64,000 nt of DNA from Pseudomonadota bacterium (GTDB lineage Bacteria > Pseudomonadota > Gammaproteobacteria > Burkholderiales > Methylophilaceae): positions 1,101 through 65,100 of the forward strand of contig JBJOIS010000002.1 in assembly GCA_046047035.1 (NCBI GenBank). The letters are read 5' to 3'. The notes under the pieces were generated by a model. That model made no database searches and was not told where the DNA came from. It worked only from the letters and a program-made list of their open reading frames with translations. Positions 50,521 through 62,279 of this stretch are shown piece by piece (the stretch's first letter is position 1; the number at the start of each line of letters is the position of its first letter). A program made the position numbers and the translations under genes.

Positions 50521-51648
50521 ATGCTTGATCGTCCAGAGGGTAGTAGTGACGCCATTTTGGTGAGCTTGGATTTTGGCGATACAGGCTACGAAGAAAGCCT
50601 AGAAGAGCTTAAGCAGCTCGCGATTAGTGCTGGTATTTCAATACGCGGTGTCGTAGAAGGCAAGCGTGACAAGCCCGATGCTAAATACTTTGTCGGTTCC
50701 GGCAAAGCAGAAGAGCTCGCCGACGTGGTGAAAGCTACCGAATCACGCGCAGTGGTTTTTAATCATGACCTCAGTCCATCCCAGCAGCGCAATTTAGAGC
50801 GTTTGCTTGAGTGCCGTGTTGCGGACAGAACTGGTCTAATTCTCGATATTTTCGCCCAGCGCGCTAAAAGCCACGAAGGTAAGCTTCAGGTTGAACTTGC
50901 ACAGCTAGAACATTTGTCAACACGATTGGTTCGTGGCTGGACCCATTTGGAACGTCAAAAGGGTGGTATTGGCGTGCGTGGCGGCCCTGGTGAAACACAG
51001 CTTGAGCTTGATAGACGGATGTTACGTATTCGTGTGAAACAACTCCGTGAAAAGCTCGACAAGCTTAAGCAGCAGCGTGGCATGCAACGTCGATCACGCA
51101 AGCGCTCTCAAGTCATGTCTGTGTCATTGGTAGGCTATACCAATGCAGGTAAATCCACATTATTTAATCGCCTAACCCAATCTAAAGTACTTGCGGCCGA
51201 CCAGTTATTCGCAACCTTAGATACCACTTCACGTAAGCTTTACATCCCTGATGCTGGCCCTATGGTTATGTCTGATACCGTCGGTTTTATTAAGCATTTG
51301 CCACATGCCTTGGTTGAAGCCTTTGGCGCAACGCTTGAAGAAGCAGTGCAAGCGGATTTGTTACTTCATATAGTGGATACGGCAAGTACAAACCGAGACG
51401 AACAAATCGCTGAGGTTAACAAAGTCTTAGGTGAAATCGGTGCGCAAGATGTTTCGCAGATATTGGTCATGAATCAAATTGATCGGGCAGGGTTGGAAGC
51501 GGGATTGGAGCGTGATGAATATGGTAGAATTTGCAAAATACTAATTTCAGCTAAAACTGGTGATGGTTTGCAGTATTTGGAGCAAGCTTTAAAAGAGCAT
51601 CAAGAGCGACTTTATGAATATCGCACTTCTGAAGCGGCTTATATTTAA
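50521..51648 (+). CDS. hflX: GTPase HflX
   Basis: 375 aa. HflX N-domain (IFAQRAKSHEGKLQVELAQL) and a G domain (GYTNAGKSTLFN, DTVGF, NQID). Confidence 0.95.
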   Translation: MLDRPEGSSDAILVSLDFGDTGYEESLEELKQLAISAGISIRGVVEGKRDKPDAKYFVGSGKAEELADVVKATESRAVVFNHDLSPSQQRNLERLLECRVADRTGLILDIFAQRAKSHEGKLQVELAQLEHLSTRLVRGWTHLERQKGGIGVRGGPGETQLELDRRMLRIRVKQLREKLDKLKQQRGMQRRSRKRSQVMSVSLVGYTNAGKSTLFNRLTQSKVLAADQLFATLDTTSRKLYIPDAGPMVMSDTVGFIKHLPHALVEAFGATLEEAVQADLLLHIVDTASTNRDEQIAEVNKVLGEIGAQDVSQILVMNQIDRAGLEAGLERDEYGRICKILISAKTGDGLQYLEQALKEHQERLYEYRTSEAAYI

Positions 51649-51672
51649 TTAATTGATTTGTCGGAGTTTTTA

Positions 51673-52857
51673 ATGGCTAATGATCCTGGTTGGGGCAATC
51701 GCAACAATGAAGGCCCGCCTGATTTGGATGAGGTGATGCGCCAATTTAGTCGCAAAATTAAGGCCTTGTTTGGTAAAAAAACCGATTCTAATGGTTCGCC
51801 AGATGACAAGCCGAGTATTGCCATCCTGCCTGTTTTTGGACTAATTCTATTAGTGTGGATTGCGACCGGTTTTTACATTGTCGACCAAGGTTCACGAGGT
51901 GTTGTGTTGCGCTTTGGTAAACATGTTGAAACAACGATGCCGGGACCAAGATGGCACATGCCTTTTCCTGTTGAGTCGGTAACAGTGGTTAATATGGAGC
52001 AGGTGCGGACGATTGAGATTGGTTATCGTTCCGCAGAAGGCGGCTCTGGTCGTAGTAAAGAGTTGCACGAGTCTTTGATGTTGACGGACGATGAAAACAT
52101 TATTGATTTGCAGTTTGCGGTTCAATATAACCTTAAAAACGTTGAGGACACATTATTCAATAATAGAAGTGTAGATGAAGCTGTTCGTGGTATTGCTGAA
52201 ACGGCTATTCGTGAAGTAGTGGGCAAAAGTAAGTTGGATTTTGCGCTTTACGAAGGTCGTGATGAAGTTGCAGTGAATACCAAAAAATTAATGCAAGAAA
52301 TCCTAGATCGTTATAAGACAGGTGTTAACGTAGTGAGTGTCACTATGCAAAACGCTCAACCCCCTGAGCAAGTACAAGCTGCTTTTGAAGATGCGGTTAA
52401 AGCGAAGCAAGATTTGGAACGCCAAAAGAATGAAGGTCAGGCTTATGCTAATGACGTGATTCCTAAGGCTCGTGGAACGGCCTCTCGATTACTACAAGAA
52501 GCTGCTGGCTATAAATTGCGGGTTGAAAATGAGGCGCAAGGTAATGTGAGTCGCTTCAATCAAATTCTGGCGCAATATCAACATGCACCAGAGGTGACAC
52601 GTTCTCGGATGTATTTGGATGCGCAAGAGCAGATTATGTCTAGCGTAAGCAAAGTAATCGTTGACCAAAAAAATGGTAGCAATTTGCTTTACTTGCCTTT
52701 AGACAAGCTGATGGCAACGACAGGTGCAAATGTTCCAGCGGCGCCTGCGGTTACGCCACCTGCACAGCCTAACGCGACCACAACAGTTGCGCCAAATAGT
52801 TACACGGATAACAGGGCGCGTGACGACTCACGAAGCCGTGACCGTGATAGCCGATAA
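51673..52857 (+). CDS. hflK: Protease modulator HflK (SPFH/band 7)
   Basis: The ATG at 51673 follows GGAG. N-terminus MANDPGWGN, a TM helix and an SPFH domain. The tracked start is 51658. Confidence 0.93.
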   Translation: MANDPGWGNRNNEGPPDLDEVMRQFSRKIKALFGKKTDSNGSPDDKPSIAILPVFGLILLVWIATGFYIVDQGSRGVVLRFGKHVETTMPGPRWHMPFPVESVTVVNMEQVRTIEIGYRSAEGGSGRSKELHESLMLTDDENIIDLQFAVQYNLKNVEDTLFNNRSVDEAVRGIAETAIREVVGKSKLDFALYEGRDEVAVNTKKLMQEILDRYKTGVNVVSVTMQNAQPPEQVQAAFEDAVKAKQDLERQKNEGQAYANDVIPKARGTASRLLQEAAGYKLRVENEAQGNVSRFNQILAQYQHAPEVTRSRMYLDAQEQIMSSVSKVIVDQKNGSNLLYLPLDKLMATTGANVPAAPAVTPPAQPNATTTVAPNSYTDNRARDDSRSRDRDSR

Positions 52858-52871
52858 AAGTGAGAGGTAAG

Positions 52872-53744
52872 ATGAAAAATTTAGGTGTAGTGCTTATCGG
52901 TTTCTTGTTAGCGATTATTTTAATTAGCGCTTCGATGTTTACGGTTGACCAGCGAGAATATGCCTTGGTTAAACGCTTGGGTGAAGTGGTGGCGATTGAA
53001 AAAACACCAGGGTTGTATTTAAAAGCGCCATTTGTCGATAATGTTGTGTATTTTGACAATCGCATCTTGACGCTTAACTGGGAAGAGCCTGACCGCTTTA
53101 TTACTAGCGAAAAGAAAAACGTGCTGGTGGATTCTTTCGTTAAATGGCGAATCATCGACCCGCAAAAATATTACGTTTCTGTTCATGGGGATGAGGTTCA
53201 AGCCGAGCGTCGATTGTCTCAAACTGTGAATGACGGCTTGCGTGCTGAGTTTGGTAAACGCACCATTCATGATGTGGTATCCGGTGAACGCAGTCAAATT
53301 ATGGAAATCCTTCGTCAGCGCGCTGACCGCGACTCACGCCAAATAGGTATTCAAGTACTGGATGTCCGCATTAAACGCGTTGATTTGCCTGAGAATGTGA
53401 GCAACTCAGTTTATGACCGTATGGAAGCTGAGCGTAAAGGCGTTGCTAATCAGTTACGCTCTGAAGGCTCTGCAGCAGCTGAAAAAATTCGTGCCGATGC
53501 CGACAGGCAGCGTGAAGTCATTGTTGCTGAGGCTTTTAAAGAAGCGCAGCGAATTAAGGGTGAAGGTGACGCAACCGCGGCCGGCATTTACTCTGCGGCG
53601 TATGGCAAAAGTCCAGAGTTTTATGCGTTTTACCGTAGTCTAGAAGCTTACCGTAACAGCTTTAAGAGTAAGAGTGATGTCATGGTACTTGAGCCTAGTT
53701 CGGACTTTTTGAAATATATGCGCAATTCTGGCGCTAAAAAATAA
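52872..53744 (+). CDS. hflC: Protease modulator HflC (SPFH/band 7)
   Basis: The ATG at 52872 follows GAGAGG. It has a TM helix plus an SPFH domain, directly after hflK. Confidence 0.93.
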   Translation: MKNLGVVLIGFLLAIILISASMFTVDQREYALVKRLGEVVAIEKTPGLYLKAPFVDNVVYFDNRILTLNWEEPDRFITSEKKNVLVDSFVKWRIIDPQKYYVSVHGDEVQAERRLSQTVNDGLRAEFGKRTIHDVVSGERSQIMEILRQRADRDSRQIGIQVLDVRIKRVDLPENVSNSVYDRMEAERKGVANQLRSEGSAAAEKIRADADRQREVIVAEAFKEAQRIKGEGDATAAGIYSAAYGKSPEFYAFYRSLEAYRNSFKSKSDVMVLEPSSDFLKYMRNSGAKK

Positions 53745-53759
53745 TTGATTTGAGTGTTT

Positions 53760-54914
53760 ATGCGTAATTGGTTACTTCCTGAATATATTGAAGACGTATT
53801 GCCTGCTGAAGCAGCGCAAATTGAGTCTTTACGTAGGTCATTGCTGGACCTTTTGGATGTGCATGGCTATCAACTCGTTATGCCGCCAATGTTGGAGTAT
53901 TTAGAGTCTCTCATTACAGGCGTGGGCCATGATTTAGACTTAGCGACTTTTAAAGTAGTGGATCAGCTAACAGGTCGTCTGATGGGTGTTCGGGCGGATA
54001 TTACGCCACAAGCAGCTCGCATCGATGCGCACATGCTGAATAATCAAGGCGTGACGCGCCTTTGTTACGCTGGAAGCGTATTAAGAACAAGTCCTGATGG
54101 ATTGGCACAGACGCGTCAACCGATGCAGTTAGGGGCTGAACTGTTTGGACATGCTGGTATAGAAGCTGATATTGAGATTCAGCGTTTGATGGTTAAAACG
54201 CTCCAGGCTGCTGGTGTTAATGCTTTGCAAATAGATTTTAGTCATGTGGGTATCTTTGATAGCTTAATGAGTAAAGTCAAGGCAAGTGACGCACTTAAAC
54301 AGTCTATTTATCAAGCACTACAAAGCAAAGATCAAACAGAAGTAAAAGCGCTTAGTCAAGATTTTGATGCAGAAACGCGAGAAGCCTTGTGCCGTTTGAC
54401 CGAGCTAAATGGCGATGCGAACATTTTGACTGTTGCCGCTAAGGATTTACCAAAAACACCTGAAATTACGCGTGCTTTAAATGATTTAACGCAAGTCGCT
54501 AAAGATTTAGCCGATTTAGGTGTTGGTTTAAGTTTTGATTTAGCCGAGCTCCGTGGCTATCACTATCATAGTGGGATGGTTTTCGCAGCTTATGCACAAG
54601 GTTGCTCAGGTCCATTGGCGTTTGGTGGTCGGTATGATGAGGTAGGGCAAGCTTTTGGTCGTGCTCGTGCAGCGACCGGCTTTAGCTTAGATTTGCGAGG
54701 ATTGGTAAAAGCACTTCCGGCATTAAAAGTGAAAAAAGGAATTTTGGCGCCTTACGGTAATGAAGCGTCTTTAATAAGTAAAATTAATTCATTAAGAGCA
54801 TCTGGTGAGAAGGTGGTTCAAGAGCTGCCAGGCCATGATGCTTATATTGCAGAACTGAACTGCGATAGAAAATTAGTTAACCAAGCAGGGCAATGGCAAG
54901 TGGTTTCTGCGTAA
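53760..54914 (+). CDS. hisZ: ATP phosphoribosyltransferase regulatory subunit HisZ
   Basis: About 384 aa. It is a HisRS paralogue lacking an anticodon-binding domain (WLLPEYIEDVLP, GGRYD), in the conserved position between hflC and purA. Confidence 0.9.
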   Translation: MRNWLLPEYIEDVLPAEAAQIESLRRSLLDLLDVHGYQLVMPPMLEYLESLITGVGHDLDLATFKVVDQLTGRLMGVRADITPQAARIDAHMLNNQGVTRLCYAGSVLRTSPDGLAQTRQPMQLGAELFGHAGIEADIEIQRLMVKTLQAAGVNALQIDFSHVGIFDSLMSKVKASDALKQSIYQALQSKDQTEVKALSQDFDAETREALCRLTELNGDANILTVAAKDLPKTPEITRALNDLTQVAKDLADLGVGLSFDLAELRGYHYHSGMVFAAYAQGCSGPLAFGGRYDEVGQAFGRARAATGFSLDLRGLVKALPALKVKKGILAPYGNEASLISKINSLRASGEKVVQELPGHDAYIAELNCDRKLVNQAGQWQVVSA

Positions 54915-54973
54915 GCATTAAATAGAAAATAGCAGTACAAAATTATAAAAAGCACTTAAATATTACTAGGTAG

Positions 54974-56298
<1,325 letters not shown>

Positions 56299-56299
<1 letters not shown>

Positions 56300-56847
56300 T
56301 GAAACCTGTTGAAAAGCAGCGTATGGCTTGGGCTTTAACAGGCTCAGGCCATTATTTACGTGAATGTATCGCTATTTTTAATGACTTAGAAGATGTTGAT
56401 TTGTTTCTAAGTAAAGCAGCCGCTGAAATTCTCCAGCAATATGGCTACCAGCATAATGCAGGTAAAGTCTACCAAGATAAAACCGCAAGTTCAGTCCCGG
56501 TTGAGCTGTTTTATCATGGGGCTTACCACACAGTAATCATTGCACCGACGACTTCAAACACCGTTGCTAAAATGGTTTGCGGAATTTCAGATAACTTAGT
56601 AACAAATATCTTTGCGCAAGCCGGAAAATGCCGCGTTCCAAGCATTGTGTTTGCATGTGATACTGAAGCTGAGCTTGAATCCGAAGCGCCACGTGACAAT
56701 ATGGTGAAGGTCTATCCGCGCCGTATCGATTTGGAAAACACCGCCAAACTCAAAACATTTGAAGAAGTAACAGTGGTCGACAATATGCAGCAACTCGACA
56801 CTGCCATTCAGGCAAGATTAGCATGTCTGAAAGCCTCCTCTTTTTAA
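56299..56847 (+). CDS. Flavoprotein of the AfpA / DmrB (dihydromethanopterin reductase) family
   Basis: 182 aa. LTGSGH near the N-terminus and the APTTSNTVAKMVCGISDNL motif of PF02441-type flavoproteins. The ATG overlaps the purA stop. Gene neighbourhood is H4MPT/methanofuran biosynthesis genes. Confidence 0.7.
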
Positions 56848-58217
56848 CAGGAAAGTTGGCCGAAAAGAGCTTGCACCAAGTATTAGCAAGCATGCAGCCA
56901 GCACCTTTCAAATATCGGATTACCCAAATTGGCGTATCCGTTGCAGCACTGATGACCCCTGAACTTATTGCAAGACGTGTGCCTGATGTTGGCGACGCGA
57001 GCAGGGTGATTGTGCCTGGATTGTGTTGTGGCGACTTAACGATGCTTGAAGATAAATACGGCGTCCCTGTAGCACGCGGCCCTGTGGACTTGAAAGATTT
57101 GCCGCAATACTTTGGTCGCGGAGGGAAAACGCCTGACTTATCCAAATATGATGTGAATATCTTTGCAGAAATCGTCGATGCCCCACAATTAAGCGTTGAA
57201 TCAATATTGGCACGTGCACAATACTTTAAGTCTCAAGGAGCTAATGTCATTGATTTGGGCTGTTTGCCGAATACCCCGTTCCCACATTTAGCTGATGCAA
57301 TTCAAACGCTCAAAGCGGCTGGCTTTAGGGTGAGTGTTGATTCTTTAAACGCAGACGATCTATTGCTTGCAGGCAAATCAGGCGCGGATTACCTACTAAG
57401 CCTGACTGAACATACTGTGTGGATTGCGGAGCAAGTAAATGCTGTCCCAGTGTTAATTCCAGCAAAATCAGGCAGCTTGCCGTCCTTATATCGCGCCATA
57501 GAAGGTATGCGTAAACTCGGCAAGCCATTTATTGCTGATGCCATTCTTGACCCTATCCCCTTTGGCTTTACAGAATCGATCGTTCGTTACCAAAAGCTAC
57601 GCAAACGCTACCCCGACATTCAAATCATGATGGGCGTGGGTAACATCACTGAGCTTACTGATGCGGATACCACGGGTATTAATGCCATATTGTTTGGCAT
57701 TATTAGTGAGCTCAATATCAATGCAGTATTAGCGACATCCGTGAGTCCCCACGCGATTAATGCGGTTGCAGAGGCTGATGTAGCAAGACGCATGATGTTT
57801 GCCGCGCGTGAAGAAAATCGATTGCCTCGAGATTACACCGCAGGCTTATTGGGTATGCATGACCGTAGACCTTTTACATATACGCTAGATGAAATCGTAG
57901 CATTCGCAGCGCAAATTAAAGACCCTAGTTTTAGGATTCAAGTAAGCAAAGAGGGCATGCACATCTACAACCGTGATGGCTTATTTAGTGACATTGATCC
58001 ATTCAAGCTGTATCCACATTTGAAGGTTGAGGATGACGCTTCACATGCCTTCTATTTAGGGGTTGAGCTTGCAAGGGCGCAAATCGCATGGCAACTCAAG
58101 AAGCGCTATACCCAAGATGAAGAGCTCGCATGGGGCGTTAATACCTATGAAAGCAGCCAAGAAGGCAAGACCGCTCATCGTGAAGCCTCGATGAAAGAGA
58201 AGAAGCAAAAGCCATGA
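56823..58217 (+). CDS. Dihydropteroate-synthase-like pterin-binding protein (archaeal MJ0301-type, H4MPT biosynthesis)
   Basis: 464 aa. It has a DHPS-like TIM-barrel core (…SQGANVIDLGC…, …GVGNITELTDADT…) with N- and C-terminal extra domains. It overlaps the upstream gene by 25 nt. Confidence 0.7.
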   Translation: MSESLLFLTGKLAEKSLHQVLASMQPAPFKYRITQIGVSVAALMTPELIARRVPDVGDASRVIVPGLCCGDLTMLEDKYGVPVARGPVDLKDLPQYFGRGGKTPDLSKYDVNIFAEIVDAPQLSVESILARAQYFKSQGANVIDLGCLPNTPFPHLADAIQTLKAAGFRVSVDSLNADDLLLAGKSGADYLLSLTEHTVWIAEQVNAVPVLIPAKSGSLPSLYRAIEGMRKLGKPFIADAILDPIPFGFTESIVRYQKLRKRYPDIQIMMGVGNITELTDADTTGINAILFGIISELNINAVLATSVSPHAINAVAEADVARRMMFAAREENRLPRDYTAGLLGMHDRRPFTYTLDEIVAFAAQIKDPSFRIQVSKEGMHIYNRDGLFSDIDPFKLYPHLKVEDDASHAFYLGVELARAQIAWQLKKRYTQDEELAWGVNTYESSQEGKTAHREASMKEKKQKP

Positions 58218-58810
58218 GCGCCGTTAATAAGACTCCAGAAAAAATCAACGAAATCATTCTCATCACGGAATGTGAAGATGGATCACCACATATTGCGCCA
58301 TTTGGCATTCGTCAGCGTGATGGCTTGATTTTAATTGCACCGTTTAGGCCATCAGCTAGCTTGGATAATTTACTGAGTGGACGGCGTGCAACGATTAATA
58401 CAACAGACGATGTACGCGTTTTTGCAGGGACTTTAACTGGAAGACGCACTTGGCTTGTGGAGGATAGAGCTGGTGCTTTAGTACTTCAATCTACGCTTGC
58501 ATATAAATCATTGAAACTAGAAAAAGTTGAAGATGATATTCAGCGCCCTAAGCTTTACTTTAGTGTGCTTAAAGAAGAAATGCTCAAGCCCTTTCAAGGT
58601 TACAACCGGGCACAAGCTGCAGTGGTTGAGTTGTGTGTACTTGTAAGCCGTTTGCATATGTTACCCATAGAAAAAATTACCTCCGAAATGGAGTATCTGC
58701 GTATCGCCATAGAAAAAACAGCCGGGGATATAGAGCTGGAAGCTTGGGGTTGGCTGGTTGAGGCAATAGAAAACCATCAGGCTCAAGTGCTAGGAGATGA
58801 TCTTGCTTAA
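58214..58810 (+). CDS. DUF447-like protein (function unknown, methanogen/methylotroph cofactor gene neighbourhoods)
   Basis: 198 aa. ATGA overlap with the upstream gene. Assignment rests on N-terminal …EIILITECEDGSPHIAPFG… and on context, so it is less certain. Confidence 0.55.
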   Translation: MSAVNKTPEKINEIILITECEDGSPHIAPFGIRQRDGLILIAPFRPSASLDNLLSGRRATINTTDDVRVFAGTLTGRRTWLVEDRAGALVLQSTLAYKSLKLEKVEDDIQRPKLYFSVLKEEMLKPFQGYNRAQAAVVELCVLVSRLHMLPIEKITSEMEYLRIAIEKTAGDIELEAWGWLVEAIENHQAQVLGDDLA

Positions 58811-58829
58811 GGCTCAACCGAATATCAAG

Positions 58830-59492
58830 ATGTTAGCAAGTGTTACAAGCGTCGATGAGGCGTTAATTGTACTTGATGCTGGTGTTGATATGATAGACCT
58901 CAAAAATCCAAGCACAGGTGCATTGGGGGCGCTTGACCATGCTTTGGTAAAAGACATTGTGGATGCGGTTAATCACCGCACCACAGTTAGTGCAACGATA
59001 GGTGACTTACCTATGCAGCCTAGCCTGATTGTTGATGCAACAAAAATAATGGTAGAAACAGGCGTTGATATCGTAAAAATTGGTTTCTTCGGGCAGTTGA
59101 ATCATGCTAAATGTCTAGACGCTTTAAAATTTCAAGCAAGCCAAACTAAACTGATTGCAGTGTTGCTTGCTGATGAACAACCAGACTTTAGTTGGTTGAA
59201 AAATATCGCTGAAGCCGGCTTTTATGGTGTGATGCTAGATACTGCGAACAAAAGTAAGGGGCATTTATTAAGCCATTTACCGCTTAGTCGACTGATGGAG
59301 TTTGTCAGTAGCGCCTCACTACTTGGGCTAGAAACTGGTTTGGCTGGCTCTGTTAATGTTGGGCATATTAAAGATCTCTGTGATTTAAAGCCTTCCTACT
59401 TAGGTTTTCGCGGAGCTTTGTGTGAGAAAAATCAACGAGCTTTAGGCTTGGATGCCACTAAAGTTCGAAGTATTAAAAAAATGCTTCATTAA
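58830..59492 (+). CDS. mfnB: (5-formylfuran-3-yl)methyl phosphate synthase MfnB (DUF556)
   Basis: MLASVTSVDEALIVLDAGVDMIDLKNPSTGALGAL matches the MfnB N-terminus including the catalytic-Lys context (D.KNP). An alternative upstream ATG is at 58797. Confidence 0.8.
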   Translation: MLASVTSVDEALIVLDAGVDMIDLKNPSTGALGALDHALVKDIVDAVNHRTTVSATIGDLPMQPSLIVDATKIMVETGVDIVKIGFFGQLNHAKCLDALKFQASQTKLIAVLLADEQPDFSWLKNIAEAGFYGVMLDTANKSKGHLLSHLPLSRLMEFVSSASLLGLETGLAGSVNVGHIKDLCDLKPSYLGFRGALCEKNQRALGLDATKVRSIKKMLH

Positions 59493-59574
59493 GACACTCT
59501 TTAAATCGGCTAAAAAGCACTTTAGTATGCTTTAATTCAAGTCGCTACAAGAGGCGGCTTATTATGTGAGAAAT

Positions 59575-60942
59575 ATGACTGAACCTAGCAAAAAAATCGT
59601 GGACAAAATGAATGTAGACTTAATGATTGAAGCCAGATGGCTTGTACCAGTCATTCCACGCAATCAAGTTTTAGATTATCACGCTGTTGTTATTCATCAA
59701 GGTTGCATTGTTGATATTGCAGCAATCGATGCTGCAAGGGAACAATACACCGCGACAAAAACTGTTGCGCTCAATGAGCACGTGTTAATTCCAGGTTTGA
59801 TCAATTTGCATGCTCATGCTGGGATGACGCTCATGCGTGGCTTGGCTGACGATATACCTTTGATGCCTTGGCTACAAAATCACATTTGGCCTGCTGAACA
59901 ACAAATCGTTTCTGAAAAGTTTGTGCGTGATAGCACCTTATTCGGCTGTGCTGAAATGCTTGCTGGTGGGGTGACTTGTTTTAATGATATGTATTTTTAT
60001 CCTCAAGCAAGCGCAGAAGCTGTTTTGCAAGCTGGAATGCGAGCGCAGCTTGGTTTAGTGGTTTTAGAGTTCCCTACCAACTACGCCAATAATGCAGATG
60101 ACTATATTGAAAAAGGCCTGTTAACTCGCGATTCTTGGCGTGGCAATGCATTGCTTTCGGCAAGTTTGGCGCCTCACGCGCCTTATACTGTTTCGGACAC
60201 CACTTTTCAAAAAGTCATTACCTATGCGGAGCAATTAGGGTTAGGTGTTCATACACACCTGCATGAAACAAGGGCAGAAATCGCTGAGAGCATTGAAAGG
60301 TTTGGTGTTCGTCCCATTAAGCGCATGGCGAATTTAGGGCTTTTAGGCCCTAATCTTACCGCCGCACATTGCGTGCAAATCAATGATGAGGACTTGGATT
60401 TATTAAGTGAACATGGTACTCATGTCGCCCATTGTCCAAGCTCTAACGCAAAGCTAGCAAGTGGCATTGCGCCAATTGCTAACTTGTTAAATACTGGCAT
60501 TAATGTCGGTTTGGGGACAGATGGTGCTGCAAGTAATAATCGACAAGATATGTTTACTGAGATGCGTCTAGCTGCTCTATTGGCTAAAGCGACTACCGAA
60601 GATGCAACCAGCATACCAGGGGCTCAAGCATTGGAGATGGCGACCATTAATGGTGCTAAAGCGTTGGGTTTGGATCATCAAATCGGTTCCATCGAGGTTG
60701 GTAAGCTAGCTGATTTAAGTGCTTTACGAATTACAGATGTTGAAACTTTGCCATGCTTCGACCCTCTATCTCATGTGATATATGCTTGTGGTCGTGAGCA
60801 TATCAGTCATGTTTGGGTGTCCGGCGATTTGCGTTTTGAACGCTCAAGCCAACAAGCTGGCTTATATGCCAATATTGAACCTAATGAATTAAAGGAAATT
60901 GCATTGCTATGGCAATCGAAATTGAATCAACACAAAGCGTAA
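59575..60942 (+). CDS. mtaD: Amidohydrolase of the MTA/SAH deaminase (MtaD, TRZ/ATZ) family
   Basis: About 455 aa. Metal-binding NLHAHAGMT and HLHET, and a C-terminal GTDGAASNN motif. mtaD-ubiG-gph synteny. The start is 59575 (ATG) or 59566 (GTG). Confidence 0.82.
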   Translation: MTEPSKKIVDKMNVDLMIEARWLVPVIPRNQVLDYHAVVIHQGCIVDIAAIDAAREQYTATKTVALNEHVLIPGLINLHAHAGMTLMRGLADDIPLMPWLQNHIWPAEQQIVSEKFVRDSTLFGCAEMLAGGVTCFNDMYFYPQASAEAVLQAGMRAQLGLVVLEFPTNYANNADDYIEKGLLTRDSWRGNALLSASLAPHAPYTVSDTTFQKVITYAEQLGLGVHTHLHETRAEIAESIERFGVRPIKRMANLGLLGPNLTAAHCVQINDEDLDLLSEHGTHVAHCPSSNAKLASGIAPIANLLNTGINVGLGTDGAASNNRQDMFTEMRLAALLAKATTEDATSIPGAQALEMATINGAKALGLDHQIGSIEVGKLADLSALRITDVETLPCFDPLSHVIYACGREHISHVWVSGDLRFERSSQQAGLYANIEPNELKEIALLWQSKLNQHKA

Positions 60943-61631
60943 ACGTCGATCCAGCCGAGCTGAAAAAGTTTGCAAGCCTCGCGCATCGTTGGTGGGATAA
61001 AAGCAGTGAATTTAAACCCTTGCATGCGATTAATCCGCTGCGCTTAAACTTTATTGATGGCTTAGTTGGTTTGCAAGGTAAGCGTGTATTAGATGTAGGC
61101 TGTGGCGGTGGTATTTTGTCTGAATCTATGGATGAAAAGGGCGCGAATGTCACAGGAATCGATTTAGGTGATAAAGCACTTAAAGTGGCTAGATTGCATC
61201 AATTGGAATCGGGCTCAAAGGTTGACTACCATTTGGTATCGGTTGAGGATTTAGCCAAAGAACAGCCATCCAGCTTTGATGTGGTGACATGTATGGAAAT
61301 GCTAGAACATGTGCCAGACCCTGAAGCGATCATTCGCGCTTGCGCTCAATTGGTGAAGCCGGGTGGCTCCGTCTTTTTTTCAACCATCAATCGAAACCCT
61401 AAAGCTTACCTGTTTGCTGTGATTGGCGCTGAATATGTGCTTAACATGCTGCCAAAAGGCACGCATGAGTATCAAAAATTCATCAAGCCATCAGAGCTAT
61501 CTTCTTGGGCTCGTTATGCAGGATTAGATATCGCACAACTCAAAGGTATGGGTTACAACCCATTAACCGACCATTACTCATTGGGTGATGATGTTTCGGT
61601 CAATTACCTCATTCATACAATTAAGTCTTAA
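60909..61631 (+). CDS. ubiG: Ubiquinone biosynthesis O-methyltransferase UbiG
   Basis: 240 aa. F..LA..WWD, the SAM motif [13 protein letters not shown] and [11 protein letters not shown]. Confidence 0.95.
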   Translation: MAIEIESTQSVNVDPAELKKFASLAHRWWDKSSEFKPLHAINPLRLNFIDGLVGLQGKRVLDVGCGGGILSESMDEKGANVTGIDLGDKALKVARLHQLESGSKVDYHLVSVEDLAKEQPSSFDVVTCMEMLEHVPDPEAIIRACAQLVKPGGSVFFSTINRNPKAYLFAVIGAEYVLNMLPKGTHEYQKFIKPSELSSWARYAGLDIAQLKGMGYNPLTDHYSLGDDVSVNYLIHTIKS

Positions 61632-61632
61632 T

Positions 61633-62274
61633 ATGATTTTATTTGATCTCGATGGTACGCTTGTTGATACCGCGCCAGACCTCGGTTATGCGCTCAATTT
61701 GCAACGTGAGCGTCATGGATTAGACCATTTGCCTATGGAGGCAATTCGTCCCTTCGCCTCGCATGGCTCAAAGGGACTGCTAAGCATTGGTTTTGATTTG
61801 ACGCCCGAAGATAAAGCTTTTGAAACGATGCGGGTTGAGTATTTGGATTTGTATGACCAAGTATTTACTCGTTCGCCAGTGCTTTTTGATGGCGTGGGGG
61901 AGTTGCTTACAAATCTCCATCAGAACGATATCAAATGGGGGGTTGTCACAAATAAGCCAAGACGTTTTGCTGCGCCATTAATTGAGTCTATGCAATTAAG
62001 CACCCCTATGGCTTGTCTGGTCTGTGGTGATGATGCTGCGCTACCTAAGCCAGCGCCAGACACTTTGTTTATGGCTTGTGAGCAGTCTTTGGTAAAGCCT
62101 GAGCGTTGTTTTTATGTGGGTGATGCAGAGCGAGATATTGAGGCGGGTAATGCTGCGGGAATGAAGACTGTGGTAGCTTTGTGGGGTTACATTGACGTTA
62201 CGGATAAGCCAAAAACATGGGGTGCTGATTTCGCTATCAACCGCCCATCGGAACTCATTGAATTATTGGTTTGA
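61633..62274 (+). CDS. gph: HAD-family phosphoglycolate phosphatase
   Basis: The ATG at 61633 gives MILFDLDGTLVDT (HAD motif I), with VTNKP (motif II) and GDAERD (motif IV). The tracked ORF start at 61585 lies inside ubiG. Confidence 0.85.
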   Translation: MILFDLDGTLVDTAPDLGYALNLQRERHGLDHLPMEAIRPFASHGSKGLLSIGFDLTPEDKAFETMRVEYLDLYDQVFTRSPVLFDGVGELLTNLHQNDIKWGVVTNKPRRFAAPLIESMQLSTPMACLVCGDDAALPKPAPDTLFMACEQSLVKPERCFYVGDAERDIEAGNAAGMKTVVALWGYIDVTDKPKTWGADFAINRPSELIELLV

Positions 62275-62279
62275 AGCTT

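Noticed and set aside
59493-59565. A possible terminator hairpin after mfnB (AAAGCA-ctttagta-TGCTTT).
   Set aside because: It has only a 6-bp AT-rich stem without a proper T-tract, which is not convincing.
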